DNA of 64,000 nucleotides from Patescibacteria group bacterium (lineage in GTDB: Bacteria; Patescibacteriota; UBA1384; XYA2-FULL-43-10; 1-14-0-10-43-13), in contig JBAYHC010000001.1 in NCBI GenBank assembly GCA_041666325.1, positions 59,338 through 123,337 of the forward strand, given 5' to 3'. Position 1 is the stretch's first letter; each line of letters opens with the position of its first letter. The notes below the pieces were generated by a model, which was given only the letters and a program-made list of their open reading frames with translations, made no database searches and was not told the DNA's origin. A program made the position numbers and the translations under genes. Positions 1-10,479 of the stretch are shown here, piece after piece.

Positions 1-218
1 TGGTTATCATTAATCATGTTTCCCATGGTTCTTTATCCACCTTAAAGGAGCGTGGTATGACTTGTTGTATCTTGATTGCGCGCCGAGAATCTACCTCTTT
101 CTTGTATTATTACACAATTCATTCTCTTTTTCTTTCAACTGGGCTACCCGCCACATCTTTATCAGGCATATATTTAGTGCTAAAATAATTATCAGCGGTT
201 AATTAACAAAGGATATTT

Positions 219-1304
219 ATGTTATACGGTGTAATTATGGCAGGTGGCCAAGGAACTCGATTGTGGCCGCTTTCTAGGGCTAAGGCGCCAAAACAGCTAC
301 ATTCCTTGGCTAGTGAAAAATCACTTATTCAAGAGACTTATGACCGACTGCTTCCGATGGTAAAAACTCCGGACAGGATCTATGTCTCGACCAATCCTCT
401 CTACGCCGAGAGAATCAAGGAGCAGTTGCCGGATGTGCCGGAGGAGAATTATATTATCGAACCATTTCCGATGAATACTGCTGCTGCCTGTATTTTGGCA
501 ACCGCGGTTCTATCCAAGAGGGCAGACAATCCTGTTATTTTCTTCGCCTACTCGGATCCAGCGATCAAGGACGAGGCTAGATTTCGAGAGATAGTTTTGG
601 CCGGCGAAAAGATTCTAGAGGATCGTCCGAACAATATCCTCACTGTTGGAATCAACCCAACCAAGCCTGATACAGGATTGGGATATATCCAGTTCGGCAA
701 GGAGATCACTGAGAATGGTAGTGAGATTCGGGCCTTCAAGGTAAAGAGGTTTGTTGAAAAGCCAGATTTAAAGACTGCGGAGAAATACGTCGCATCATTC
801 GATTATCTCTGGAATTCCGGTATGTTTATGTGGCACACTGACTACCTTTTGAAGTTGGCAGAAGAGTTTATGCCAGATACTCACAAGACAATTATGGGCA
901 TAGCCGATGCTTGGGACACACCAAATCGCGATGAAATATTAGCTAAGGAATACGCAAAAGTTGAGAAAACCTCAATCGACTATGGCATCATGGAAAAAAC
1001 AAAGGACATTCTTGTCATTCCTGGTGATTTCGGTTGGAGCGATATTGGATCTTGGGGTACTCTCTATGAACTTCTGTCCGACATGACCGACTCAAATGTT
1101 GTGTCTCGTGGCCACCATATCGGTCACAATGACACCAATTGCCTAGTTTATGCGGGTGACAAACTTGTTGCTACTGTCGGACTCGAGGATGTAGTTGTCA
1201 TTGATACGCCGGATGCCCTGCTGATTTGCAATCGCCATAAATCCCAGGAAGTAAAAGATCTTTTGAGCAAGATCAAAGAGGCAGGAGAGGAAGAATATTT
1301 ATAA
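219..1304 (+). CDS. manC: mannose-1-phosphate guanylyltransferase (GDP-mannose pyrophosphorylase)
   Basis: 361 aa ORF; N-terminal nucleotidyltransferase glycine-rich motif VIMAGGQGTRLWPLS; RBS-like aaggat upstream. Confidence 0.8.
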   Translation: MLYGVIMAGGQGTRLWPLSRAKAPKQLHSLASEKSLIQETYDRLLPMVKTPDRIYVSTNPLYAERIKEQLPDVPEENYIIEPFPMNTAAACILATAVLSKRADNPVIFFAYSDPAIKDEARFREIVLAGEKILEDRPNNILTVGINPTKPDTGLGYIQFGKEITENGSEIRAFKVKRFVEKPDLKTAEKYVASFDYLWNSGMFMWHTDYLLKLAEEFMPDTHKTIMGIADAWDTPNRDEILAKEYAKVEKTSIDYGIMEKTKDILVIPGDFGWSDIGSWGTLYELLSDMTDSNVVSRGHHIGHNDTNCLVYAGDKLVATVGLEDVVVIDTPDALLICNRHKSQEVKDLLSKIKEAGEEEYL

Positions 1305-1369
1305 AAGTTAGTAAGTACGCGAGTGTAAGGCGAAAGTAATCAAAATCGCAGAGAGAATGAAAGGAAAAA

Positions 1370-2734
1370 ATGGAAATCAACCTAAAGAGCATTTATCGAT
1401 CGTACGATATTCGCGGGGAGTATCCGGAACAGATCAATGACGAGGTCGCCTACAAGATAGCACAGGCCTATGTGCAGTACGTCAAGCCCGATGGCAAGAT
1501 CGCCGTGGGCATGGACGCCAGGACAACATCACCAGAGCTTCATGAATCTGTGATCAATGGTCTCATCGATGCTGGTATCGATGTTGTTGATATTGGTCCG
1601 GTTTCAACTGATATGTACTATTTCGCAGTTGGGTACTATAAGCTTGCGGGCGGAATCCAGGTTACAGCATCACATCAACCGGCGCAATTCAATGGGATGA
1701 AGATGATTAGAGAGAATGCTTATCCACTCTACGGCGAGGCTGGAATACAACAAATTCGAGATATCGTTGAGGCTGGTGAATGGGAAGTTTCAAGTGACAA
1801 AAAAGGCACTATCGAAAAGAAGGATATCTGGTCCGATTTTGCCGATTATGCCTTAGGATTCATAAAAACAGATGCAATCAAGCCGCTTAAAGTTGTCATA
1901 AACCCAAACTTTGGCTACCAGGGAAATATCTTCAAGTATATTGTTAAGCATGCAAACTTGCCTATCGAGATCGTTGGCATAAACGATGAGCCAGACGGCA
2001 GCTTTCCAAAGGGTCAGCCTGATCCATCTCTGCCAGAGAATAGGCCGGAGTTTATAGCACTGGTCAAGTCTAGTGGCGCAGACCTCGGGATTACCTGGGA
2101 TGCCGATGGTGATCGCGTTTTTTTCTGCACCGGTTCGGGCAGATTTGTCGATCCATACTATACCAATGCCCTGCTTTACGCTAACACTCTGATCAAGAAT
2201 CCTGGTGCAACCGTTCTCTATGAACCTCGATTCACTTGGGCGCTTATTGATACAGCCAAAGAATACGGCGGAACCGCAGTTCTTGAACGTGTCGGTCACT
2301 CATACATCAAGGCGAGAATGAAGAAGGAAGATGCCGTCATCTCCGGTGAATCATCTGGCCACACATATTTCAGAGATTTCTGGTATGCCGACAGCGGCAT
2401 TATTCCCTCGCTCATTATCATGGAGACGGTCTGCGTCGCCGGCAAATCACTGGATGAATTATTGGAGCCGCTATTCAATAAGTATTTCATATCCGGAGAG
2501 ATCAACAGTACAGTAAGTGACCACAAGTCAATGATGGCAACAATTCGCGACAAATATCAGGCAGAGGGGGCGGAAATATCTGAGTTCGATGGCGTCTCGG
2601 TCGAATACCCTGACTGGCGTGCAAATGTCCGGCCGTCTGCCAACGATCCTGTTCTGCGCCTCTGCGTTGAGGCCAAATCCGAGCAATTGATGGAGGAAAA
2701 GCGCGACGAGCTCCTGGCCATTATCAGAGCATAA
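1370..2734 (+). CDS. phosphomannomutase/phosphoglucomutase (alpha-D-phosphohexomutase)
   Basis: 454 aa; phosphoserine loop TASHQP, Mg-binding DGDGDR-like motif (DADGDR); directly follows manC-like gene. Confidence 0.8.
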   Translation: MEINLKSIYRSYDIRGEYPEQINDEVAYKIAQAYVQYVKPDGKIAVGMDARTTSPELHESVINGLIDAGIDVVDIGPVSTDMYYFAVGYYKLAGGIQVTASHQPAQFNGMKMIRENAYPLYGEAGIQQIRDIVEAGEWEVSSDKKGTIEKKDIWSDFADYALGFIKTDAIKPLKVVINPNFGYQGNIFKYIVKHANLPIEIVGINDEPDGSFPKGQPDPSLPENRPEFIALVKSSGADLGITWDADGDRVFFCTGSGRFVDPYYTNALLYANTLIKNPGATVLYEPRFTWALIDTAKEYGGTAVLERVGHSYIKARMKKEDAVISGESSGHTYFRDFWYADSGIIPSLIIMETVCVAGKSLDELLEPLFNKYFISGEINSTVSDHKSMMATIRDKYQAEGAEISEFDGVSVEYPDWRANVRPSANDPVLRLCVEAKSEQLMEEKRDELLAIIRA

Positions 2735-2762
2735 TACAGCTTGTGCATTACCTTTAAGATTA

Positions 2763-2796
2763 AGCCCTAGAAAATCAGAACATCTAGGGCTTTTTG
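2763..2796 (+). terminator. rho-independent terminator (AGCCCTAG...CTAGGGCT + T5)
   Basis: 8-bp stem flanking 13-nt loop followed by TTTTT immediately after the phosphomannomutase stop. Confidence 0.6.
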
Positions 2797-2803
2797 ATGC
2801 AAC

Positions 2804-2830
2804 AAAAAAGCCCCGGGCGGCCGGGACATG
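2804..2830 (-). terminator. rho-independent terminator for convergent minus-strand gene
   Basis: GC hairpin CCCGG/CCGGG followed on minus strand by T6; sits just 3' of CDS 2833..3591. Confidence 0.5.
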
Positions 2831-2832
2831 GG

Positions 2833-3591
2833 TCAAAGATTCTGAAACTGAACGGATTCTAGCAGCTCCCTCAGGTGTTCGTCTGAAACAGTTATGTTTT
2901 CTGGCAAAAGGCGGCGGATAACCTCGAGCTCAATATCGTCATAAGGGCGCCAGAGGCCGTCGCCAATGATATCTTCATAGTAGCAAGGCATTCCAGTGGC
3001 ATTCAGCGGTAGGGTTTCTCGACCTGATCGAACGACATGCCAATTCGGCAAATCATTGGCCAAGGCTAGATGAAAGTTTCTTCGACGTAGGTAGCTTTCT
3101 GCGATACTCCTAACTTGCTGACTCCTGCCCTCAATCTTGGCAATCCGATCGAACCGTGGATCAGCCACGATCAGGCCAATATCTTCTCTTGGCATGCCGG
3201 TTTTCTCGTACCAGAGATCGCAAAGTTCGCGTGCTTTCGCACTGGCTGTATCAAAATCGTCTGAACCCTCAGCCGAATATTTTGCCGCCCGATGCATGAC
3301 ATACTGTTCGAAAAAGATGTATATGCCAGCGTTAAGTGCGCTATCTAGGTAATCCAAAACTTCTGCGTACCTCGAGGTAGTCAGGCCGATGAGTACTTCG
3401 ATCGGCACTGGCCCTTGTCCGTTTTTGTCCGCATAATCGCAACAATCCAAATACAACATCGTGGCAATATCTCGCTTCTGCGCCTTGATTCCAAGCTTAC
3501 GCAAAACAAGCATAGTGTGCCGTTGGGCTTGCTCGGCGCTGTGTGTGCCATAGAAACTATCCATGGATACGAGTTTGCCTCTTTCGGGCAT
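2833..3591 (-). CDS. hypothetical protein
   Basis: 252 aa ORF with no motif I can recognise; first gene of (or adjacent to) the minus-strand cell-wall block. Confidence 0.5.
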   Translation of the reverse strand: MPERGKLVSMDSFYGTHSAEQAQRHTMLVLRKLGIKAQKRDIATMLYLDCCDYADKNGQGPVPIEVLIGLTTSRYAEVLDYLDSALNAGIYIFFEQYVMHRAAKYSAEGSDDFDTASAKARELCDLWYEKTGMPREDIGLIVADPRFDRIAKIEGRSQQVRSIAESYLRRRNFHLALANDLPNWHVVRSGRETLPLNATGMPCYYEDIIGDGLWRPYDDIELEVIRRLLPENITVSDEHLRELLESVQFQNL

Positions 3592-3669
3592 TGGCGTATT
3601 CCCCTCTCGTTTTCTCTCGTGTGCACTATATAACTTTTAGCCCAAAAAGTACAGTCGCATCAGGCGAGA

Positions 3670-3711
3670 TGCCTGCCCGCAGTCGCTTCGCTCCAGACGA
3701 TGCAGGCGGGC
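3670..3711. repeat. REP-like GC-rich intergenic element, copy 1 (inverted relative to copy at 7845)
   Basis: GCCTGCCCGCAGTCGCTTCGCTCCAGACGATGCAGGCGGGCG; reverse complement matches 7845..7884 with 1 mismatch; can form imperfect stem-loop. Confidence 0.7.
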
Positions 3712-3801
3712 GAAAGCGTGACAGGCACAACAAAAACGAACAGATCACTCTGTTCGTGCTGCTCACTCTCGCTTTACGTCTTAATAACTTTCATCCTTAT
3801 C

Positions 3802-4755
3802 TCAGTACTCAAGGTACATTATCTCTGGCTCGATACTCACATTAAATTTAGATTGAACTGCTGCTTGCGCCATTTTGATCAGCGACATAATGTCTGACGC
3901 TGTGGCATTGCCGGTATTAACAATAAAGTTTGGGTGCATGTCCGAGATCATGGCGCCACCGACGCTTTTACCCTTGAGATCACATTCAGAGAGGAGGTGC
4001 GCCACAGGAATCACTGGAAAAGGATCGTTCTTAATTACGTCTGCGCTCTTCTTGACGAGATCAGCTGGAGCCTTGGCGCAATCAATATTTTTGAATGTGC
4101 TGCCGGCACTGGGGTATCGCAGTGGTTGGCGAGAATTTCGATAAGCAATTTTTTCATTTGCGATACGTTCTATCTCTTCCTTGTTGCCAGGGGTTAGGCT
4201 AAATTTCGCCGAGGTGATCAGCTCGTCCTTGGCGGCATCTGTTTTGTAGATGCTGTGACGGTAGGCAAATCTGCACTCATGATTGTTCCGAACAATCGTA
4301 TTGGTGGTAGTGAGATTAATGCTCTCGACTTCAAGAACAGTATCCTTTGTTTCGCCACCGAATGCCCCGGCATTCCCTCTGACTGCGCCGCCGACCGTTC
4401 CGGGAAGGCCGCCTGCCCACTCTATTCCGGAGAGAGAGTTCTCTATGCAAAAATCGATTGCCTCCTGAAAGAGTAGTCCTCCGCCGAAAACAACTTCGTT
4501 ACCATCCCGATTCTTAAACTTGATGCTATTTCGAATAATTAGACCGTTATATCCCCTATCGTCGACCAGAAGATTCGTGCCGCTACCCAAAACAAATCTT
4601 TTGCGCGCTTCTGGCGGAAGGTCGGTGCTAATTGCGTGCCAATCTTTCAGTCCGCCAATTAACTCTTCTGTACTGCTGACCTCTAAGAAGTATCGGGCAG
4701 GACCACCGATCTTGTAGTGAGTGTAATCATTGAGTTGGATGTTTTCTTTTATCAT
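3802..4755 (-). CDS. murB: UDP-N-acetylenolpyruvoylglucosamine reductase
   Basis: 317 aa; N-terminal FAD-binding segment YTHYKIGGPARYF typical of MurB. Confidence 0.8.
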   Translation of the reverse strand: MIKENIQLNDYTHYKIGGPARYFLEVSSTEELIGGLKDWHAISTDLPPEARKRFVLGSGTNLLVDDRGYNGLIIRNSIKFKNRDGNEVVFGGGLLFQEAIDFCIENSLSGIEWAGGLPGTVGGAVRGNAGAFGGETKDTVLEVESINLTTTNTIVRNNHECRFAYRHSIYKTDAAKDELITSAKFSLTPGNKEEIERIANEKIAYRNSRQPLRYPSAGSTFKNIDCAKAPADLVKKSADVIKNDPFPVIPVAHLLSECDLKGKSVGGAMISDMHPNFIVNTGNATASDIMSLIKMAQAAVQSKFNVSIEPEIMYLEY

Positions 4756-4758
4756 AGT

Positions 4759-5586
4759 CTAGGACTTTTTTAGTTTATCAATTAGTACCAACAGGGTGAA
4801 ATAAGGCAGTGCCAGCTGGCGCCAAATTCTACTCGGTTCTGCTATGAGGCGATAGAACCACTCGAGTCCCGACCGCCGCATCCAAGCCGGGGCGCGCGTC
4901 TTGGTGCCAGCGATAAAATCAAAGGCCCCGCCGACACCTATACCAATTTTGCATCCACTTTTGGCTAAGTTCTGAGACAGCCAATATTCCTGTTTGGGAG
5001 CACCATAAGCAACAAGGATAATGTCTGCTTTCGATCTTCTAACCATGTCAATCGTTTGTTGTGTTTTGTCTGGTGAATTTGCGCTTATACCAGCAATGCG
5101 TAAGCCCGGCACTTCTGTTTGCAGTATCAGAGCACATTGTTCTGCGATGGCAGGACCGCCGCCCAAGAGAAATATTTTTAACTTCTTGTCGGCAGCTATT
5201 CGAGCAATATCCCAAACAAAATCAGTGCCAGTAATCCTCTCGGCAATCGGGCGATAAAAATAACGAGGGCATATCGGGATAAGAATTAGGGTGAAGACCC
5301 ATTGTATGATTGAGATAAGTTTTGAGATGAGTTTATTTTTCGGGGTCTTTAGGGTCTTGTACCTTGCAGCCCAAAGCAATCCAAAGCCATCGACAATATT
5401 CAACGAAGAATCTGAATTCAAGACGCTTCTTAAATCGTTATCCTTCTGGGCTTTAGTTACAATTTCCGTGTTTGGGGTACAGACAAGAGATGGCTCGCTT
5501 CCATTCGCGAAGTCATTTACTTTAGCTACTGCTTCGTCGTGAGTAAGCGCGTCAAGTTTAATGCCCAATATACTAATCCTGCTCAT
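4759..5586 (-). CDS. WecB/TagA/CpsF-family glycosyltransferase (UDP-N-acetyl-D-mannosaminuronic acid / ManNAc transferase-like)
   Basis: Family signature ...APKQEYW... and C-terminal RAPAWMRRSGLEWFYRL; ORF as given (to 5733) overlaps upstream gene, so start trimmed to internal MSRISILGIKLDALT (ATG ~5586). Confidence 0.7.
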   Translation of the reverse strand: MSRISILGIKLDALTHDEAVAKVNDFANGSEPSLVCTPNTEIVTKAQKDNDLRSVLNSDSSLNIVDGFGLLWAARYKTLKTPKNKLISKLISIIQWVFTLILIPICPRYFYRPIAERITGTDFVWDIARIAADKKLKIFLLGGGPAIAEQCALILQTEVPGLRIAGISANSPDKTQQTIDMVRRSKADIILVAYGAPKQEYWLSQNLAKSGCKIGIGVGGAFDFIAGTKTRAPAWMRRSGLEWFYRLIAEPSRIWRQLALPYFTLLVLIDKLKKS

Positions 5587-6709
5587 ATGCCTTCTTATAT
5601 TTAGTGTATGAAGAATTAATATGCTCCTCAATTTGGCCCAAAAAACTCTTTTTAGAGAACTCTTCCGCCCTGTTACGGCAGGTTCTGGGCACAAATTTTG
5701 TATAGTTCTCGCTAAGCTTTTCGATTGCTTCAATCAATGAATCAGCAGAGGGATTATCGAAGAACAAGCCGGTTTTGTTCTCTACCAGCGATTCGGTCAC
5801 ACCACCTCGACCATATGCGACAACCGGCCGACCAGCAGCCATTGCCTCAACGGGAGTCAGGCCAAAGTCTTCTTCTCCTGGAAATATGAGAGCATAGCAA
5901 TTTCTTAAGTACTCAGCTATTGATTGGTCAGACTGCCACCCAAGAAATTCAATATTGCTGCCTGCCATGGCCTTAAGCCTGTCCTTGTCTGAGCCCTCAC
6001 CGATAATAACAAGAGGACGCTTGAGCTTATTAAAAGCCTCAATGGCTAAATCAATTTTCTTGTAGGGTTCAAGGCGCGAAACGATCAGGCAATAGTCGTC
6101 CGGCAGGTCGTCACTAAATGCGATATCTTCTACGTTTGCCGGCGGGTATATAACAGTAGAATCAACTCTATAATATTTTTTTAATCGTTTTTGGGCTGTT
6201 TTTGATTGGGCAATCCAGACGTCTGTACGGTTTGCTGCTACTCTATCCCAAATTCTCAGGTCTTTCAGGATTGACCTGATTAGCAACCCCCTCAGTGAGT
6301 ATGAAATTTTATTCTCTTCAAGGTACTGATGATACCAATCCCAAACATAACGCATTGGAGAGTAACAATATGTGATATGGAGCGTCGTCGGCCGGGTAAT
6401 AACTCCATGGGCGTACGAGTTGGAAAAAGAAATCACGATATCGTATTCGGATAGATCAAACTGTTCTATGGCGGAGGACAAGAAAGGCAAAAATAACTTT
6501 GGGCGTTTGCGCAAGAAAGAGGGGTATTTATTCAGAGAAGAAGCATGAATTTGCCAGTCCTTTGCTTCAAATAATTGTCTCGTTCCCTCTTTGTCATAAA
6601 GAAGTGTATAAACCGGTGCGTCGGGATAGCGTTCGTGAAAAGCCATTAAAACTTTTTCGGCTCCACCGATTTTTGTTAGGAAGTCGTGAATGATTGCAAT
6701 ACGTGTCAT
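5573..6709 (-). CDS. glycosyltransferase family 4 (GT1 fold)
   Basis: 378 aa; N-terminal MTRIAIIHDFL...GGAE and C-terminal EDFGLTPVEAMAAGRPVV (E-x7-E GT4 motif). Confidence 0.75.
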   Translation of the reverse strand: MTRIAIIHDFLTKIGGAEKVLMAFHERYPDAPVYTLLYDKEGTRQLFEAKDWQIHASSLNKYPSFLRKRPKLFLPFLSSAIEQFDLSEYDIVISFSNSYAHGVITRPTTLHITYCYSPMRYVWDWYHQYLEENKISYSLRGLLIRSILKDLRIWDRVAANRTDVWIAQSKTAQKRLKKYYRVDSTVIYPPANVEDIAFSDDLPDDYCLIVSRLEPYKKIDLAIEAFNKLKRPLVIIGEGSDKDRLKAMAGSNIEFLGWQSDQSIAEYLRNCYALIFPGEEDFGLTPVEAMAAGRPVVAYGRGGVTESLVENKTGLFFDNPSADSLIEAIEKLSENYTKFVPRTCRNRAEEFSKKSFLGQIEEHINSSYTKYKKAYEQD

Positions 6710-7794
6710 TTGATTCCCTCCAGGATACCCAACAGCTTTTTAGCTGACCTCTCCCACGAAAAAAGCTTTGCGCGTTCGATGCCTTTTTTCTGCAACTTTT
6801 CAGCAAGTAGCTTGTCGCTTGTTATTATATCTATTGCATTAGCTATTTCTGACGTTTTTTCGGGATCTACAAGCAACGCTGCGTCTCCAGCAACTTCCGG
6901 CAACGAGGATGTGTTGGATGTAATCACGGGAGTGCCAGAGGCAAATGACTCCAGAAGAGGGAGGCCAAAGCCTTCGTAGAGTGTCGGAAAGAGTAATGCA
7001 TCAGCATTTGAATAAAGCCCTGGCAATTGATCGTCTCTGACATATCCTGTAAAGATGATATCATTTTTATGCTTGTCGTAATCTTTTAGAAGCGTCAGTA
7101 TGGCGTCAGAGCCGTATCCTGGCTTGCCGGCGAGAACAAGACGATGGCTAGAGCTGGATTTCTTCTTAAAAAGTATGAAAGATTCGATTATTCGCCGAAT
7201 ATTCTTTCTCTCCTCCAGGCGCCCGACATAGAGAAGATATGGCTTGGGCAGTCCTGCCAGAGAAGGCTTTTCGTCACTGTTATATCGCCCAGAATCATAA
7301 CCAAGATGAATGACCGATAAATTGTTGGTTCTGCATCGATATTGATTAACGAAATCTCTCTTGGTTGACTCACTGACAAACACAAGCGCGCTCGCGTATT
7401 TTGCATTTCTCTGTGCGGCATAATGCTGCAACTTACGCTCTGTCCGGCTATAAGCATGTGGGTAATGTACGAAGGCTAGGTCATGTATCAGGGCAACACT
7501 TTTTATACGAGAAAGCCGCGGAACCATATAGCTGGGGGTAAAAAAAACATCAGGTTTAGTTCGAATTAACTCGATGGGTAACCGTAATGTGTGCCACAGC
7601 CTTGCCGGTGACGAGAGCAAAACGGTGACATTTTTTAGGTCGGACATTTTGCTCTCAATAGGCCTCGGCGAATAAAGAATGAGCTCATGCTGGTGGTTAA
7701 GTTTCGCCATGTGCAAAATCAACTGATAAGAGGCATTCTCTACGCCAGTTTTGTGTTCAGTTGTGATTGATGATGCATCAATGCCTATGATCAT
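6706..7794 (-). CDS. glycosyltransferase family 4
   Basis: 362 aa; YEGFGLPLLESFASGTPVITS motif; 4-nt overlap with downstream GT4 gene. Confidence 0.75.
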   Translation of the reverse strand: MIIGIDASSITTEHKTGVENASYQLILHMAKLNHQHELILYSPRPIESKMSDLKNVTVLLSSPARLWHTLRLPIELIRTKPDVFFTPSYMVPRLSRIKSVALIHDLAFVHYPHAYSRTERKLQHYAAQRNAKYASALVFVSESTKRDFVNQYRCRTNNLSVIHLGYDSGRYNSDEKPSLAGLPKPYLLYVGRLEERKNIRRIIESFILFKKKSSSSHRLVLAGKPGYGSDAILTLLKDYDKHKNDIIFTGYVRDDQLPGLYSNADALLFPTLYEGFGLPLLESFASGTPVITSNTSSLPEVAGDAALLVDPEKTSEIANAIDIITSDKLLAEKLQKKGIERAKLFSWERSAKKLLGILEGIK

Positions 7795-7844
7795 ATATTT
7801 TGAGGCGAAAGGCTAATGGAAAACAAATTCGCGGTTCTCTTGCA

Positions 7845-7884
7845 CCCGCCTGCATCGCCTGGAGCGAAGCGACTGCGGGCAGGC
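7845..7884. repeat. REP-like GC-rich intergenic element, copy 2
   Basis: CCCGCCTGCATCGCCTGGAGCGAAGCGACTGCGGGCAGGC between GT4 start and mreB end; inverted copy of 3670..3711. Confidence 0.7.
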
Positions 7885-7895
7885 CTTACACCTAG

Positions 7896-8903
7896 TTACT
7901 CTCTTGCCCAAAGTACGGATCTTTTGAATGAGTCAATGTTTTCGATGGCAATGCCGGAACCTTTTGCAACACACTCAAGCGGGTTATTAGCCACCTCGCA
8001 TGGCACGCCCGTAACCTTGGTTAGAAGGCCGTCAAGATGCTGAAGGAGCGCGCCGCCGCCAGTGAGAATTATTCCCTTATCCATAACATCGGAGGCGAGT
8101 TCGGGCGGTGTTTTCTGCAAAACATCTTTGACTGCGTTAATAATCTCAAGTAGTGGGGACCTGATAGCAGAGACGACATCATTTGAGGAAACCATCACGC
8201 TTTCGGGCAATCCGGTGATAGAATTGGATCCAGAAACTTCCATTTTGACTTCTTTTTTGACTTGTTGGGCAGCCCCAATCGAAATCTTTATATTCTCAGC
8301 AGTCTGTTCTCCGATGATTAGGCTATATTTCTTTCTAATAAAATTAGCTATGGCTGCATCAAACTTGTTGCCACCGATTCTGACTGAGGAAAAAGCAACG
8401 ACATCACCAAGAGTTATGACCGCAACCTCAGTGGTTCCCCCGCCAATATCGATGATCATATTACCGGAGGGCGTTGCAATTGGAATGCCGGCACCCAACG
8501 CCGCAGCGACAGGCTTTTTAATAATATAAGTTTGTTTGGCGCCTGCAGCATTACAGGCATCGATGACCGCTCTGCGCTCAGTCGAAGTCACACCAGCAGG
8601 AACAGAAACCATTATGTCCGGCTTAAAGAGTCTAATGTTTCCAGAAACCTTGTTGATATAATAGCGAAGCATGGCTTCGGCGACACGATAGTTGGCGATA
8701 ACTCCGTCCTGAAGAGGACTGGCAGCAATAATACTTTCTGGCGTACGGCCAATCATCTTTTTTGCTTCTTCACCGATGGCCATAACTTTGTTGTCTGATG
8801 CTTGAATTGCAACTACGCTGGGCTCATTAACGACAATCCCCTTCTTGGGAACATAAACAAGAATACTGGTTGTCCCCAAATCAATTGCAATTTTTCTGAT
8901 CAT
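7896..8903 (-). CDS. mreB: rod shape-determining protein MreB
   Basis: 335 aa actin-like ATPase; IAIDLGTT phosphate-1 motif, IDIGGGTTE phosphate-2 motif. Confidence 0.9.
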   Translation of the reverse strand: MIRKIAIDLGTTSILVYVPKKGIVVNEPSVVAIQASDNKVMAIGEEAKKMIGRTPESIIAASPLQDGVIANYRVAEAMLRYYINKVSGNIRLFKPDIMVSVPAGVTSTERRAVIDACNAAGAKQTYIIKKPVAAALGAGIPIATPSGNMIIDIGGGTTEVAVITLGDVVAFSSVRIGGNKFDAAIANFIRKKYSLIIGEQTAENIKISIGAAQQVKKEVKMEVSGSNSITGLPESVMVSSNDVVSAIRSPLLEIINAVKDVLQKTPPELASDVMDKGIILTGGGALLQHLDGLLTKVTGVPCEVANNPLECVAKGSGIAIENIDSFKRSVLWARE

Positions 8904-8987
8904 ATATTAAACCAACGTATACGCTAGTGATACTAAATGGCAAGGCACAGACTGCAGATCAATAATACGAAGGTCAACCATGGTCCC

Positions 8988-10250
8988 TTACTCTGTTCTA
9001 TTGATCTTGGCGCCGACCGCCTGAAGTTTATTGTCGATCAGCTCATAACCCCTATCGACATAGTCGCATTGACCGATAGTTGTTTCACCATCAGCAATGA
9101 GAGCGGCCAAGACCAGTGCAACTCCTCCGCGGATATCGGGACAATTTATTTTTTTGCCTTTGTATTGTGTTGGGCCGGAAACGTTTACGATGTGAGGGCT
9201 TAGCTGCTCATATTTTGCCCCCATCTTCTCCAGCTCTGACAGATAAAGAAATCTACCTTCAAATATTGTTTCAAAAATTCGACTCTCGCCCTCTGCTTGA
9301 GTTAGTAGCACCGCAAATGGCGACTGCAGGTCAGTTGGAAAGCCCGGATAGGTCCTGGTATCAATATTAATGGGACGGAGTTTATTGCGCTTCTTCGTTT
9401 GTACATAGTAGAGGCCAGACCTTTGAACAACATCGAAGTTTGCCCCCATCAGTTCTAGTTTGCGCAGTACTATTGCCAAATGCTCCGGCACCAGCGGGCC
9501 AATCGTGATTTCCCAGTTGCCTGCAATAGCTGCGACTATATACGTACCCGCCTCTATTCTGTCTGGAAGAACATTATGCTCGACGCCATGTAATTCCTTG
9601 ACACCATCAACTTGAATATCGTGAGTTCCTGCTCCACTAATCTTTGCGCCCATCCGATTTAGATATTTTGCCAAATCAGCAATCTCTGGCTCTGCTGCTG
9701 CGACACTAATTCTGGTTGTTCCTGGAGATAGCACCGAAGCCATAATGGCATTTTCTGTAGCAGTAACGCTCATTTTGGAGAGCACAACATTTCCAGCCTT
9801 CGGCTTGCCATCCAAAAAATAGTCTTCGCCTCTTTGCTTGATCTTAACACCGAGTTGGGAAAAGACATCTAGATGATCATCGATTGGCCGAGCACCGATA
9901 AGACAGCCCCCGGGCTGACTAAAGGACGCCTTGCCGAATTTGGCCAGGAGCGGACCAATTGTAACAATAGACCCACGAAGTTTCTTCATAAGCTTTGGGT
10001 CTGGGTGCGCCGAGTTAATTCCTGCCGGATTGATGGTAATTGTTCTGTCATTAGTCAAAACATCTGTGCCGATGCTTTGGAGGATATCCTCCATTCTTTC
10101 AACATCGGAAATTCTCGGAACATTATGAATTATTGACTCTGACTTTGCTAAAATAGCCGCGGGAATAATTTTGAGAGCAGCATTCTTGGCGCCGCTGATT
10201 GGGATTTCTCCTCTTAATCTAGCTTTGCCTTGTACGGTCAGTTGTGTCAT
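8988..10250 (-). CDS. murA: UDP-N-acetylglucosamine 1-carboxyvinyltransferase
   Basis: 420 aa; N-terminal ...VQGKARLRGEIPISGAKNAALKII... typical MurA/EPSP-synthase fold. Confidence 0.9.
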   Translation of the reverse strand: MTQLTVQGKARLRGEIPISGAKNAALKIIPAAILAKSESIIHNVPRISDVERMEDILQSIGTDVLTNDRTITINPAGINSAHPDPKLMKKLRGSIVTIGPLLAKFGKASFSQPGGCLIGARPIDDHLDVFSQLGVKIKQRGEDYFLDGKPKAGNVVLSKMSVTATENAIMASVLSPGTTRISVAAAEPEIADLAKYLNRMGAKISGAGTHDIQVDGVKELHGVEHNVLPDRIEAGTYIVAAIAGNWEITIGPLVPEHLAIVLRKLELMGANFDVVQRSGLYYVQTKKRNKLRPINIDTRTYPGFPTDLQSPFAVLLTQAEGESRIFETIFEGRFLYLSELEKMGAKYEQLSPHIVNVSGPTQYKGKKINCPDIRGGVALVLAALIADGETTIGQCDYVDRGYELIDNKLQAVGAKINRTE

Positions 10251-10479
10251 AGTGCCTCGCTAAAGCTAACGGTTTCGTATTAATCTGTTTTGGCCCAAGA
10301 TATCAACCCATCAGAGGAAGCGCGCGAGCACAAGTTGAAGGCCCGATCGCATTAATTGTATGGTAAACCAGGCAATAATTCAATATATTCACCATGTTCC
10401 TCCAAAGTCTGACGTTGTCACCGAAGATACCGAGTGGACTTTAAAATTACTTGCTGTCTTGCTATAATCATGTAAAACA

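Noticed and set aside
1853-2836. Antisense/overlapping ORFs inside the phosphomannomutase gene (1853..2299-, 2296..2553-, 2331..2516+, 2528..2836-, 2557..2748-)
   Set aside because: Fully embedded in a well-supported CDS with conserved active-site motifs; no independent signals.
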